Source: a virus
IMG/VR virus record: IMGVR_UViG_3300032173_000004
Coordinates: 1-64,000 of that record
Length of the DNA: 64,000 nucleotides
Strand: one strand, 5' to 3'
The translations under genes and the position numbers were made by a program. Shown in pieces: positions 10,522 through 20,833 of this stretch; the stretch's first letter is position 1; each line of letters starts with the position of its first letter. The notes below the pieces were generated by a model. It ran no database searches. It was given only the letters and a program-made list of their open reading frames with translations, and was not told the DNA's origin.

Positions 10522-12341
10522 TAGAGCACCGTTACTAGGCTGTTTCCGTTGAAGTCGAACGATACAGGCAGCTCATTCTCCAAGATCACCACATCCGAAG
10601 ATGGAGACTGGACGATCACGTTCTCCACACCTTCCACCTGCATCGTGACTTCCACGATCTTGGCGCGGTACACGTTGTCACCGACGAGAAGTCCATCGAT
10701 GTACGCCTCGATCTCACGCTGCACAGAGTCCCGAAGCTCACTCTTGCTGAATCCCACCTTCGCCGTGAGGGTCACGATCACTGTGACTCTCCTGATGACC
10801 GGTGTGCTTACAGCCACCATGATGCCGGCAGCAATGACTCCTGGATAGTTAGATCGGTCATTGGGGTCGCCAGTGATCACCTTCTGTACCTCCTGAACCA
10901 GGCCAGTGTAAAAGCTGTAGTTGGCAATCACCAGCGTGCCCTTGGGCAATCCCGAGCCTAGGTATTGGACCTCTCCGTTCGTCCTATTGAAGAGGTAGTC
11001 AACCCCTTCGACTCTCTCTGTGAATATGCCAGGGGCATCGTCGTAGAGATCGAAGGTACCCTTCACGATCGGAAAGTCAGAGGTCTGGAAGAAGTTCTGG
11101 CCCTCTTCCGCGGTTTCTACGAGGTCTACCAAGAGTACGTCTATCCCAGATGCGTGGCTGTACGACGTTGCCAGGTTCAGGTTGATCGTGTTTCCGGTCC
11201 CCTTGGAGGTATAGTAGATCAGCTCTGGGTTGGTACCTTGAGGATCAATGAGAACCCAACCCGACGAAGGGTATGGCTCCACGTTGTTCACGGTCAACGT
11301 CGTCACCCCGATGCCGTGGAGACCCACCAGAGAACTGGTCGCCAGAATGGTCTTGCTGGGAGTGAACCCAGAACCATCGTCGATGTAGAGGATATTGTTA
11401 GTGGGATCCGAGAAGTCCTCGCGAATCTTCGCCGTGATGACTCGCTGTCCTGTTCTCTGATCTTCAACACCGATGGCGGTTCCCTCGATGGCGTACCTGG
11501 TTCCACGGGACAGGGCGTTCAGTCGCGCCATGGCTCGAGATCGAAGCTCGACATCTGTCTCCGCATCCCGTCCGCCAGTCGTGGACTTCTTGTTCGTGAC
11601 CAAGGCTCCGGTGAACGGCGGCGAGCCTTGGAACTGAGATATCTGTCCAGCCGTGACGTTGCCCTTCTTGCCCACGCTGGTGGCCTTGGCCTGCACATAG
11701 CCAGACTCATAGTTGCCAGCGACGATCGTTCCTGTCTCCAGGGTGCTGAAGGTGATCGCCGAACTGCCGGCCTTCGGCGGAACCTGAATCTGCTGCCCCG
11801 AGTTGATTACCTTGTCCCCGCCTGTAACGAGAGACACACGATCTCCAGCAGAGTGGTTGTAGATCAACGTGGCGGCCTTGAGCTGGTGGTTCGTTGTGTC
11901 GTTGTTGGTGATGGTCACGTCTTCAACCGAAGGTGTTCCCTCGCCGACCCTGGTGGTGAACGGGGCTACCGGAAAGTTGCTAGTGTCCGGCAACGTCAAC
12001 AGCACGTTCGATCCTGCCAGGACGTTGAACTCCAGCAGCTCAGTGGTGAGTCCGCCATTCTGAAACACGATCGAATCCGTGAAGGCTGACTTCGAGCCAT
12101 AGCGAACGATGTTGTAGTCCGCCACTCGCTCGTCCAGCTCGGTTCCTGTTGCTGTCTGGATTCGGAAGGCGTCTAGCAGCCTCACCATCTGGTAATACTG
12201 TTCGTCGTCTTCGAGAGCAGAGGCCTCGAGGATGGTACGGATTGCCGATCCTACGGTGAAGTCTGTCAGCGTCGAATTGGCGCGGACATGGGTGATCATG
12301 TCGTTGAGAATCTGCTCAAAGTTGCGAGGTACGAACGCCAT
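10521..12341 (-). CDS. Baseplate J-like wedge protein
   Basis: Start re-called at MAFVPRNFEQILNDM; DFTVGSAIRTILEA, ATGTELDERVADY, GGRDAETDVELRSR, YIDDGSG motifs. Confidence 0.9.
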   Translation of the reverse strand: MAFVPRNFEQILNDMITHVRANSTLTDFTVGSAIRTILEASALEDDEQYYQMVRLLDAFRIQTATGTELDERVADYNIVRYGSKSAFTDSIVFQNGGLTTELLEFNVLAGSNVLLTLPDTSNFPVAPFTTRVGEGTPSVEDVTITNNDTTNHQLKAATLIYNHSAGDRVSLVTGGDKVINSGQQIQVPPKAGSSAITFSTLETGTIVAGNYESGYVQAKATSVGKKGNVTAGQISQFQGSPPFTGALVTNKKSTTGGRDAETDVELRSRAMARLNALSRGTRYAIEGTAIGVEDQRTGQRVITAKIREDFSDPTNNILYIDDGSGFTPSKTILATSSLVGLHGIGVTTLTVNNVEPYPSSGWVLIDPQGTNPELIYYTSKGTGNTINLNLATSYSHASGIDVLLVDLVETAEEGQNFFQTSDFPIVKGTFDLYDDAPGIFTERVEGVDYLFNRTNGEVQYLGSGLPKGTLVIANYSFYTGLVQEVQKVITGDPNDRSNYPGVIAAGIMVAVSTPVIRRVTVIVTLTAKVGFSKSELRDSVQREIEAYIDGLLVGDNVYRAKIVEVTMQVEGVENVIVQSPSSDVVILENELPVSFDFNGNSLVTVL

Positions 12342-12343
12342 GA

Positions 12344-14233
12344 CTATCTCCTCACCGAGAACGAGATCGGGAGCTGTGAATCCGAGCCTCTCAGGTTGAT
12401 GACAGCAGTGATCCAAACCTGATCTGCGTTCACGAAGATTCGCAGGTTGTCTATGCTTTCAGTTCGCGGATCTTGACGAATCGTCCGCTGAAAGTTCATC
12501 GAGTACTCATGCAGACGGACCAGCGACGGAAACTTGGTGCCAATAGGGAACTTGGCTCCGAACGTGGGATGAGTAGCCAACTCTCCTTGCTCTGTGTTCA
12601 ACTTGATCGCAAGAGCTTGATTTACATTGTCCACACCCTCGATGATATCTAAGTCACCCCTACTGTTCACCATCAGATCGAACTGTTCAGTCTTCTCGTT
12701 AAGCGATAGCTTGATGTCTCTGCCGTACTTCTTCATCATCGGAGACATTTCGTCCGACGACTCGTCCGAATTGGTCACACGGGGCACCATACTGGACTGA
12801 TCAACTCCGTTGGCTTCTTTCGGTATCAAAATCTTGCTACCTGGACCAAGAACCCCATCACCAGCAGATGTGGAGATATAGGGCGGCTTCAGACCATTCA
12901 AGATCGCCAGCTTCTTCCACTGATTCGCGTTGCCCAAAAACTTCTTGGCCAACGTCATGATCGTGTCACCTGAGGTGACTTGCTGCTCAACAGCTGACGA
13001 CGGAATCGTGATGTTGGAGACATTGAGTGGGGAGCCAGCAGTGAGCGGTGGCTCACCGTACTGATCCAGATAGGCATTAGCATAGTCCCTGACCTGGTAA
13101 CTCCTCTGCTCTGTCCACAGAAAGTCCAAGGACAGCAGGCCCTCGCCTGTGCGAACGCAGTCCCTCAAAATCTTGGCAACTTCCATGTCCCCTGCGGACG
13201 GTATCTCACCGGGGACAGAAAATGAATCGGTGAACGAAGCGAACGCCTCGTTGCATGACTGAGTCCACCGCTTGGTGGCGTCCTCGGTGAGCTTGCTGAA
13301 GTTGGTCGAGTTCTTGATCGCGGATACACCCTCGAGGATGCCAAGGCCGGCACCTAGAACACCGTCCACGATGTTGAACGGGAACCTCGTCACGTAGTTG
13401 ATGACGCCTGCCAGCTCGTTGAGATGGCGAGCCAAGTCCTTGCCGAACTTGTTGAAGAAGTCCAGCCCGCTGTTGATCTGGTTAATAAAACCAGCAGACT
13501 CGGTGATCGCCTTGAAGGTCAGGTCCAGCGGATACAGCGTTCGACACTGGATCTGATAGGTCCAGCTGAGGGGGTTCTTGGAATCCCGGTTTGTGGTGAA
13601 GGACAGTGGCTCTACAACCCAAGCCTCGCTCTCCTTGCTATAGATCCACACCAAGGCCGTGAAGCGAGCGACCTCGGGCGACAGCTGCTTGATGTCGTAG
13701 TAGGCCCGGAAGAGGTTCCGCAGGAAGATGATGTCGTCGAACCCGGTCGCTTCCTTCTTGTGCAGTCCGCGCTCGTCGTTGTAGAGGATGCTGTTCAGCG
13801 TGCTGGGCATCGTGATTTGAATGCCCGTGTTCTTCGCCAGACCACCGAACATCTCCGTCGACGGAGGGCTTGGACGAAAGCCAACGGTGCCACCGATGCG
13901 GACGTCCTTGAAGATGCCGCCCTGGCTCTCAACGAACTTTCCACCTCCCTGCGTCGGAACGATGGTCGTAGCCGCTGGCTCTACCAGCTCGTATTGCTGC
14001 GGAGGTGTGGGGAACTGATAGAGGGCCAGGTTGCCCTGGCCGCGATACTTGCCAGCCGGATCAAGTCCTGGGTACTCCATCACCTCTTCTGTGGCCAGAT
14101 TCATCAAGAAGAAAGAGAAGGCACTGGACAGGACGATACCAGCATCCGTCTTGATGTCGTCGAGGCTTCCCCAGAAGCGTCGATCCACATTCCTACGAAC
14201 TGTCGCCAAGGTGAACAGTGAGGTATCAGCCAT
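12344..14233 (-). CDS. Fused baseplate protein: N-terminal tube-initiator-like domain, LysM, C-terminal gp25/gpW-like domain
   Basis: LysM-like QVTSGDTIMTLAKKFLGNANQWKKLAILNGL...PGSKILIP; gp25-like GDLDIIEGVDNVNQALAIKLNTEQGELATHPTFG...QDPR. Confidence 0.75.
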   Translation of the reverse strand: MADTSLFTLATVRRNVDRRFWGSLDDIKTDAGIVLSSAFSFFLMNLATEEVMEYPGLDPAGKYRGQGNLALYQFPTPPQQYELVEPAATTIVPTQGGGKFVESQGGIFKDVRIGGTVGFRPSPPSTEMFGGLAKNTGIQITMPSTLNSILYNDERGLHKKEATGFDDIIFLRNLFRAYYDIKQLSPEVARFTALVWIYSKESEAWVVEPLSFTTNRDSKNPLSWTYQIQCRTLYPLDLTFKAITESAGFINQINSGLDFFNKFGKDLARHLNELAGVINYVTRFPFNIVDGVLGAGLGILEGVSAIKNSTNFSKLTEDATKRWTQSCNEAFASFTDSFSVPGEIPSAGDMEVAKILRDCVRTGEGLLSLDFLWTEQRSYQVRDYANAYLDQYGEPPLTAGSPLNVSNITIPSSAVEQQVTSGDTIMTLAKKFLGNANQWKKLAILNGLKPPYISTSAGDGVLGPGSKILIPKEANGVDQSSMVPRVTNSDESSDEMSPMMKKYGRDIKLSLNEKTEQFDLMVNSRGDLDIIEGVDNVNQALAIKLNTEQGELATHPTFGAKFPIGTKFPSLVRLHEYSMNFQRTIRQDPRTESIDNLRIFVNADQVWITAVINLRGSDSQLPISFSVRR

Positions 14234-14631
14234 TACAACTTCTCCTGGACCTTGTCAGGGCATGAAAACGACAACGACAGATCTGGAAGGGTCGGCAAAG
14301 ACGGAAGCTCAGGTATCGCTGGAATCAGCGGAATTTTGATCGACAGAGACGGCAACGACGGGAGATCCGGCACGGGAATCTCCACGTTGAACGATGGCAA
14401 CGATGGCAGCTTCAGCGTCGGCAGCGTTGGCAGCTCTGGAATTGCTGGCAGCAGAGGTATGCTGATCGACAAAGACGGGAGCGACGGCAGCTCTGGTACC
14501 GGAATTTCTGGGTTAAACGACGGAAGCGACGGCAGCTTGAGAGTAGGCAGCGTCGGCAGATCAGGGATCGCCGGAATCAACGGAATGTTGATCGACAGCG
14601 TCGGCAGATCTGGGAAAACCGCGCAGCTCAT
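14233..14631 (-). CDS. Proline-rich tandem-repeat protein (132 aa)
   Basis: Start re-called at the ATGA overlap with the spike gene stop: MSCAVFPDLPTLSINIP...FSCPDKVQEKL; 42-aa (126-bp) unit, about 2.6 copies. Confidence 0.75.
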   Translation of the reverse strand: MSCAVFPDLPTLSINIPLIPAIPDLPTLPTLKLPSLPSFNPEIPVPELPSLPSLSISIPLLPAIPELPTLPTLKLPSLPSFNVEIPVPDLPSLPSLSIKIPLIPAIPELPSLPTLPDLSLSFSCPDKVQEKL

Positions 14632-16097
14632 GTCGTTGTTGTGTTCTTTGCCAAGTACGTGTTCGCCGGTGGAGGCAGAGCAGCCTTCGTCATGAATGCC
14701 GTGATCGCCTCGACGTACTTCTGCCAAGCCGTTGCAAGGGCAGCAAACGGTGGATTTAGAGGCGTCAGCGGAGGAGCCTTGGTGGCGGCATCAAGGGCCT
14801 GCCACTGCGCATAGGTAGTGGAGGCACAAGCAAGCTCTTTGGCCAAATAGTCTGTCCCGAGATCGGTCAGGAATGGTGGTCCAAGAACTGGTGGAACGCC
14901 CACACCACCAATGGCCAGCGGACCGGTGATGTTCACTTTTCCGCTGACCGTCATGGTGCTACCCTTCAGGTCAATCACCCCTCCGCTCTTTGTCACGATC
15001 TGTATTTCATCGCTGAGAACATTGATCTGGGAGCCATCGTTGCTCCAGATCTGCAACTTGCCCTCGGCGATGTTGATCATAGTCCCTTTGGCAGTACCTT
15101 TGCTGACTACGATCGAGATCGTGTCTTCGGCCTTGACGGCGCACTCGCCTTTCTTGCCACCATCGCTTTCGGTGTTCTCGCAGAAGAGGTTAAAGCTGGA
15201 GGTCTTCTCCAGGGTCTCCCACTCCTTCGATCGTCGATAGGTTCTCTTGGTTGCCCGGGTCTTCGGAGACCCTGTTACAGGCTGATCTGGGTGTGGAAGA
15301 TCAACGTCAGTCACAGGAGTGGACTTGGTACTTCCGGCTCCCAGACGAGGGTTCTGATGTTCCTTCTCGTTGAAGTTGATCTCGAGCTGGCAGGTCTTAC
15401 CAACATCGACCTGTACGTGGCCACCTTTGTCGACCAGCTTCCGAGTCAGCTTCCCATCCTTGATCGAAACCTGAGAGTTGGCTTCCGTGGTGTCCAGGTA
15501 CACATCTCCGGTCTTGTTGATCGCGAAGATGGTACCATTGACCCTACGAATAAACCGAGATCGATTCTTCTTGATGTCGGTCTGAACAAGGGCCTTCTCT
15601 TTGTACCCATGACCGCTCGTAGCCAGATCGAACGGGTTCGACGGATGTGGCCACCACCCCATGATGAACGGAAGCTCGATACGACCACCAATGAAGCCAA
15701 TCAAGCACCACTCACCGTCGAGCTTGGCGTAGTTGACCTTGCTGAAATCGCTGCTCAGCGTGGACCCATCCACCAACTCCGAGCATCCACGAGGAAGGTC
15801 TTCCTCGTAGTTGTCGACGCCAGAGTGTCGGCCAGGAGGAACCGTGACATGCTTGATCAGAATATCCGGCTGCTGGCCGATGTGGTCCGTGGCCAGGACC
15901 GTGCATTCGTGTCGGATACCTCGGAAGTCATCCGACTGCAGCGCTGTGTAGTTGTCTACAGCGTCCGCCGGAACTACGGACAGGATGATCCCAACCAGAG
16001 GGTGCATGCCCTGGTCGGCTTCGAGAGACCGAAACTGGTGTTGCGAAGACGAGAGGACAGTTCCGTCCTCCATGTAGCAGTTGACTCTGGCCGTCAT
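14628..16097 (-). CDS. Baseplate central spike (gp5/gpV-like)
   Basis: OB-fold-like DGEWCLIGFIGGRIELPFIMG, then beta-repeat region (TMINIAEGKLQIWSNDGSQINV); located after the hub gene. Confidence 0.7.
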   Translation of the reverse strand: MTARVNCYMEDGTVLSSSQHQFRSLEADQGMHPLVGIILSVVPADAVDNYTALQSDDFRGIRHECTVLATDHIGQQPDILIKHVTVPPGRHSGVDNYEEDLPRGCSELVDGSTLSSDFSKVNYAKLDGEWCLIGFIGGRIELPFIMGWWPHPSNPFDLATSGHGYKEKALVQTDIKKNRSRFIRRVNGTIFAINKTGDVYLDTTEANSQVSIKDGKLTRKLVDKGGHVQVDVGKTCQLEINFNEKEHQNPRLGAGSTKSTPVTDVDLPHPDQPVTGSPKTRATKRTYRRSKEWETLEKTSSFNLFCENTESDGGKKGECAVKAEDTISIVVSKGTAKGTMINIAEGKLQIWSNDGSQINVLSDEIQIVTKSGGVIDLKGSTMTVSGKVNITGPLAIGGVGVPPVLGPPFLTDLGTDYLAKELACASTTYAQWQALDAATKAPPLTPLNPPFAALATAWQKYVEAITAFMTKAALPPPANTYLAKNTTTT

Positions 16098-18412
16098 GTG
16101 TCACTTCCTCCAACCTTCTCCGCGGCACCTCCAGCTTCCTCTAGGAACTTGAACGCCTCACGAAGCTTGGTCAGAGCCTTCTGCAGGATGGTCTGATCTT
16201 TCGACGATGTGATCGGGGTTCCTCCTGAGGCTACGAATGCCTCTTCATTGGCGCCCCAGTTGAACTTCCCATTCTTGTTGAGACCAGGAAGGTCGGTCTC
16301 GTTGTCGAGAAGATGCTGCTCCGACGTGGATGAATCTCCATACCACAGAGATGATGCTGACGTGGCTTGCACGTCCTTCATTCTGAAGCAGTCGGCCAAT
16401 CGGCTCTGGTCATCCCGGCAGTTGGAGCCGCCCCAGGCTTTTAGAGGCGGCATGACGTACACAGGGAGAGGATTGTTTCGCTGTCCACGACTGACAGCCA
16501 CGGTCGTGGTCAACATGGTACCACTTTGGTCGATCTTCCAGTTCTGGCTGACGGCCTCGATGTAGTACGACTCGTTCCGCTCTTTGATGTCAAGTCGGTA
16601 CCCTACACGAAGCTCTGGAAACGCTCGTAGGTTGAACGTCCCATTCAGGTACTCTCGATTGTGCTGGTACCAGTGATCCAGAAGCATAGCCCAGCGGATG
16701 GTCTGGAACCGACTTCCGGGTCCATCAACCCCCTCGATCATCTTCAGCTGTGTAGGCCATCTGGCGAACTTGGTGGTGTAGGACCTAACCCTAAGGCCAT
16801 CACGAACCACTGAAATAGGGTTACAGATGGGGATCAAGTCCTGGAACATGTACTTCGCAGCCTCACCGATACCTGTGTCGGCATAGGCCTCGAGCAGGTT
16901 CACCACGTCATTATCACTACGACCGATCGACTCATTCGTGATGTCCTGGATGCTGATCGCAAACGTGTCCAGATGCTTCTGGGCCTTCACTCCCGAGGCT
17001 GCTAGCGGGTTGAGGGCTTCGATCTTGGATACTTGTCTACCAGTCTTTCCGATCCCCTTGGCAAATACCGCCTCGTCACCGAACCCGCCAAGAGCGATCG
17101 GACCCAGCTTCTTCTGTCCCGGCAGGATGATGGAACCAGTCGGCTTAACCCCCTCCACCGTCGAGAATGGATACTCTCGCATCACGATCGCCGGGACCAT
17201 CGTGACACCAGTGTTCTCTTTGAGCAGATCTGGCCGCCGTGCGTAGCCGCCAGTTTGTAGATCGAAGTTCTCGTTCTCTCCAACAGGACGAAGATCGCAG
17301 AAAAGCTCGTTGACCATGTCGTTGGACCACGAGTTCATGATCGACCACAGTGGTCCCTGCGACGACCAGATCTGTGGAGACAATATTGATCCGTCGATCG
17401 CGTTGTATTCCACAAACCTGAAATCGATCAGATCGAGCAGAGTGAGTTTGACCCCAGGAGGGTTCATGATGGACTTCCCCTCCTGGATAACAGTGGTGAA
17501 CTCAGGTCTCTGCATCTTCATCCAGGCGGCCCACTTCGTCTGGATTCGATCTTGCTCAGCAGCAGACGTCTTTTTCTTGTCCTTGATGACGTTTTCAGGA
17601 AGAGCATTCGTCAGCTCTGACGCTGGCCGACCCGTCAGCTGCTCCAGCTCTTTCGTAGCATCCTTCTTGAGCTTCTCCAACTGATCAGGGCTATCAAGAG
17701 CCCCGTAGTCATCGGGTAGAACCGTAAGGAGGTTCTTGAATCTTGTCTTACGAGCGTTGGTGACCAGTGCCTGATCAATCACAGGGAAAGTGGCAGGCAC
17801 AGCAAATTGAGCACTGAATCCCAACAGTCGCTCAGCTAAGGTGAGAACGATATCCGCAGGATTTCCCTTAATCGTTAGACCTTTGGTCTGCAGAAGGGCT
17901 CCCGCGATCATCTTGGTACCAGCAAAATGCTGAGATACGAAATCACCACGTTGCACAATGCTGGGGTTGAAGTACAGCTGAGTCTTGTCGAACGCTTTGG
18001 TGAAATCAGAACAAGTGACGTTGAAGACCGTAGTCTGTGTTCCGTCTCCGTTTACAGTGATCGCCCTTTCGATCCTGTCCACGAACCCGAAGAAAGACAT
18101 GATGAATCCACGTCCATCACCAGGATCAAAATAGATGAAGACGTAGTCGTTGGGAAAGATGTAGTTGAGATAGTTCCTGCGAGGAACTAGAACAAACGAG
18201 GCGCCTCCACCACTCTTGATCGTCTTGCTGGTTTGGCACTGAATGACATCTCGGGTACAGTCAACGGCTTTGGACGACTCCTTTCCCTTCTCGTCTTTGC
18301 CACCACCTGTTCCATCAGAGATGTGAGAATAGATCAGAATCCTGCAGACAGAAGACTGCCTCGGAATATCGAAGATCTCAGCGCCATATACGTCGCGAAC
18401 TGAATCAGCCAT
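16094..18412 (-). CDS. Baseplate hub / tail tip protein
   Basis: 772 aa directly after tape measure; FFGFVDRIER...VTCSDFTK and LNGTFNLRAFPELRVGYRL...YYIEAVSQNW...TTTVAVSRG typical of gp27/late-control-D-like hubs. Confidence 0.75.
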   Translation of the reverse strand: MADSVRDVYGAEIFDIPRQSSVCRILIYSHISDGTGGGKDEKGKESSKAVDCTRDVIQCQTSKTIKSGGGASFVLVPRRNYLNYIFPNDYVFIYFDPGDGRGFIMSFFGFVDRIERAITVNGDGTQTTVFNVTCSDFTKAFDKTQLYFNPSIVQRGDFVSQHFAGTKMIAGALLQTKGLTIKGNPADIVLTLAERLLGFSAQFAVPATFPVIDQALVTNARKTRFKNLLTVLPDDYGALDSPDQLEKLKKDATKELEQLTGRPASELTNALPENVIKDKKKTSAAEQDRIQTKWAAWMKMQRPEFTTVIQEGKSIMNPPGVKLTLLDLIDFRFVEYNAIDGSILSPQIWSSQGPLWSIMNSWSNDMVNELFCDLRPVGENENFDLQTGGYARRPDLLKENTGVTMVPAIVMREYPFSTVEGVKPTGSIILPGQKKLGPIALGGFGDEAVFAKGIGKTGRQVSKIEALNPLAASGVKAQKHLDTFAISIQDITNESIGRSDNDVVNLLEAYADTGIGEAAKYMFQDLIPICNPISVVRDGLRVRSYTTKFARWPTQLKMIEGVDGPGSRFQTIRWAMLLDHWYQHNREYLNGTFNLRAFPELRVGYRLDIKERNESYYIEAVSQNWKIDQSGTMLTTTVAVSRGQRNNPLPVYVMPPLKAWGGSNCRDDQSRLADCFRMKDVQATSASSLWYGDSSTSEQHLLDNETDLPGLNKNGKFNWGANEEAFVASGGTPITSSKDQTILQKALTKLREAFKFLEEAGGAAEKVGGSDT

Positions 18413-18415
18413 GGA

Positions 18416-20818
18416 TCACTTCGTTGTGGCAGATGTTCTGCCTTCGCCCTTCATCCCCGACTGCACATTTACGTTGGACCCGGCGATACGGGACTCACCA
18501 ACAGGTGTGGCGCCAGCCGCTGTTTTGACCTGCCCTCGTCGAGCACGTAGGAATTCGGGATCGCTTACCTCTTCGATCTCACTTCTAAGCTTCTTTACTG
18601 GCTTGTCCCTTTCCGCAGCAGCACCCTCCACAGACTTACGGGCCTGAGCAAAAACTTCTTTCGCCGCCCTGACCATCGTGGCTCGATCACCAGACTGAGC
18701 GGCGTGAGCAAGACGTCGTGTCTGACCAGAGGTAATGGCCTCGAGGTATTGATTTGCCTTCTCCCCACCTTGCTTCTTGAAGTAGGCCTCGACGATGTTC
18801 GCGTAATCAATCTGACGCTGAGCCATCTGCTTTTCAGCTGTGGGAGCGCCTACCATGGCCTCGGTAACAGACTTTCGATAGGCCGAGCTTCCGATCATTC
18901 CGATCATACCCATCGGACCTGAAGTCAGGTGCTCGAGAGCTTTCCTATTCTGCATCAGATTTGCAGCACCAAGCTCAGCCTGTCCACGCTCACGAAGACC
19001 TTTGGTTCCTTTCCAGCTGGACTTCTCAATGGCATTCGTCATCTTGTTGAAGTCACTACTAATCTCCTGCCATGCCTTTGCAGGATCGGGCATCTTCATT
19101 GTCTTGGACCACCAAGTGACAATGGTCTTCCAGATGTCCTCCAGAATCTTGAAAATCTTAGGAAGGTAGTCAGCAACAGTCTTGATCATTTCAAGCTGAG
19201 CCATCTGCAGCTTCATCATCACCGGAGCGATCTTCGATCCGATATGTATCTGCATGGCTTCCACACCAGCCATATGCTTCTTGATGCCGGCGAAGCCCTC
19301 CTTGGAAACCTTGAGCGCTTGCTCGTCGATGGGCTTGGTCTCTTCGAGAACCTTGTTGATCTCTTCATTCTTCTTGGCCAAGGACAGGTTGGAATCGTAG
19401 ATGTCCTTGAGTTTCTCGACCTGCTCGATGGAGAGACGACCGCCGCTCATCTGCTCCATGACCAAGTTGGCCATCTGATTCTCAGGAGCCCGGCCAGGGG
19501 CATTCATGTTGCCATGCTGACCGTAGACCTCTTTCATCATCCGGGTGACGTTCTCTGGGTCTTGGATTCCCTTCTGCTGCATCTTGCGAGCGTCGTAGTA
19601 GCTGACCCCGCTTCCCGGCTTTCCGAAGCCCATGGCCTGCATCATCATGGCCTGCCCGGCTTCGCCAGCACCTGGATTCTTGATCATCTGATCAACAGCG
19701 CTGAGCATCTGCTGACCACGTTGACCCTGGAAGCCAACACCACCGTACTTGCCCATCATGGCAAGCTGTTTGGAGATGGCCGTCATGTCGACCTTGCCAG
19801 CTGCCGTAGAGAACTGCTGCTGGGTCAAGGCCTGCACGCCTTGGAAGAACTCCGGCAACCTCGCCTTCTCGAGGCCGGAGTACATGCCCAAAGAGATCGT
19901 CTTCTCGAGCTGCTTAGCAGCAGCTTTCTGGTTGACCGCTCCTGTGAAAGACTGGCCTGCCTGGCGCATCGTGCCCATGTGGGCAATGGCTTCGCCGATG
20001 CGACCAGGACCGAACCCACCAGCCAGGGATAGCTGCTGAGCCATCCCAACCGAGCCCAGATTGCCTGTTGCAGCTGCTGCAGCAGGTGCCAGGGTGGCCG
20101 TTTCAGTGGGGGTGAAGCCGAGAGCCCCTCCAGACTTCCCACGACCCCTTCTGCGGAAGTCCCGAGGGGTGCCCAGACCGGTCATCCCGAACTGGGCCGC
20201 CCCATACTGCATGTACTGTTGGTAGCCGGACTGGAGGCCTCCGGTGACCATACCCAGAAGACCAGAGCCGAGCCCAGCGATCCCTCGTCCAGCAGCTGCA
20301 CCGAGCCGGTAGCGCTTATTGGGACCCTGGAAGGCCTGAATCAGCCCAGCCAGGCCCGAACCGCGTCCCAGGCCTGCCAGGAACCCCCCACCTTCTCCTA
20401 GGAAGCCTGGACCCTTCTTGCCACCACCAGGAGGAGGCGCTCCTGGAGCGGGACCTCGACCAGCACCAGGACCAGTGCCTCCACCGAAGTTGAACCCTAC
20501 GCTTTTGGCAAGAGCGGCAATGCTCTTCATCCGCTCTTCGGTGGTCTTCAGTCGTCGATTGAGGATCGAGAGAGTGTCGGATGCCCGCTTGAAGGCATCC
20601 GACATCTCATTGACCGCGCCTGCAGCTCCCTTCTTGCGTCGACCACCAGCGCCTCTGGACCCGGCGCCCTGACCACCCTCGATTCTGCCTAGACCTTTGT
20701 CCCCAGTGGCACGCTTGGCGAAGTTTTCGAGGCGCTGGGTAGCTTCCCGAAGGTTCTTCTCGAGTTCTTTGATCTTGATCTCGAGTTCAATTTGAATCTT
20801 GTTTTCGTCGCCCGGCAT
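18416..20818 (-). CDS. Tape measure protein
   Basis: 800 aa, Ala/Gly/Gln/Met-rich and helical; follows tube and chaperones. Confidence 0.85.
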   Translation of the reverse strand: MPGDENKIQIELEIKIKELEKNLREATQRLENFAKRATGDKGLGRIEGGQGAGSRGAGGRRKKGAAGAVNEMSDAFKRASDTLSILNRRLKTTEERMKSIAALAKSVGFNFGGGTGPGAGRGPAPGAPPPGGGKKGPGFLGEGGGFLAGLGRGSGLAGLIQAFQGPNKRYRLGAAAGRGIAGLGSGLLGMVTGGLQSGYQQYMQYGAAQFGMTGLGTPRDFRRRGRGKSGGALGFTPTETATLAPAAAAATGNLGSVGMAQQLSLAGGFGPGRIGEAIAHMGTMRQAGQSFTGAVNQKAAAKQLEKTISLGMYSGLEKARLPEFFQGVQALTQQQFSTAAGKVDMTAISKQLAMMGKYGGVGFQGQRGQQMLSAVDQMIKNPGAGEAGQAMMMQAMGFGKPGSGVSYYDARKMQQKGIQDPENVTRMMKEVYGQHGNMNAPGRAPENQMANLVMEQMSGGRLSIEQVEKLKDIYDSNLSLAKKNEEINKVLEETKPIDEQALKVSKEGFAGIKKHMAGVEAMQIHIGSKIAPVMMKLQMAQLEMIKTVADYLPKIFKILEDIWKTIVTWWSKTMKMPDPAKAWQEISSDFNKMTNAIEKSSWKGTKGLRERGQAELGAANLMQNRKALEHLTSGPMGMIGMIGSSAYRKSVTEAMVGAPTAEKQMAQRQIDYANIVEAYFKKQGGEKANQYLEAITSGQTRRLAHAAQSGDRATMVRAAKEVFAQARKSVEGAAAERDKPVKKLRSEIEEVSDPEFLRARRGQVKTAAGATPVGESRIAGSNVNVQSGMKGEGRTSATTK

Positions 20819-20833
20819 GCCGCCATCCTTCGC

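Noticed and set aside
14233-14631. CRISPR-like periodic repeats
   Set aside because: Repeats are contiguous, degenerate at third codon positions and protein-coding; no unique spacers
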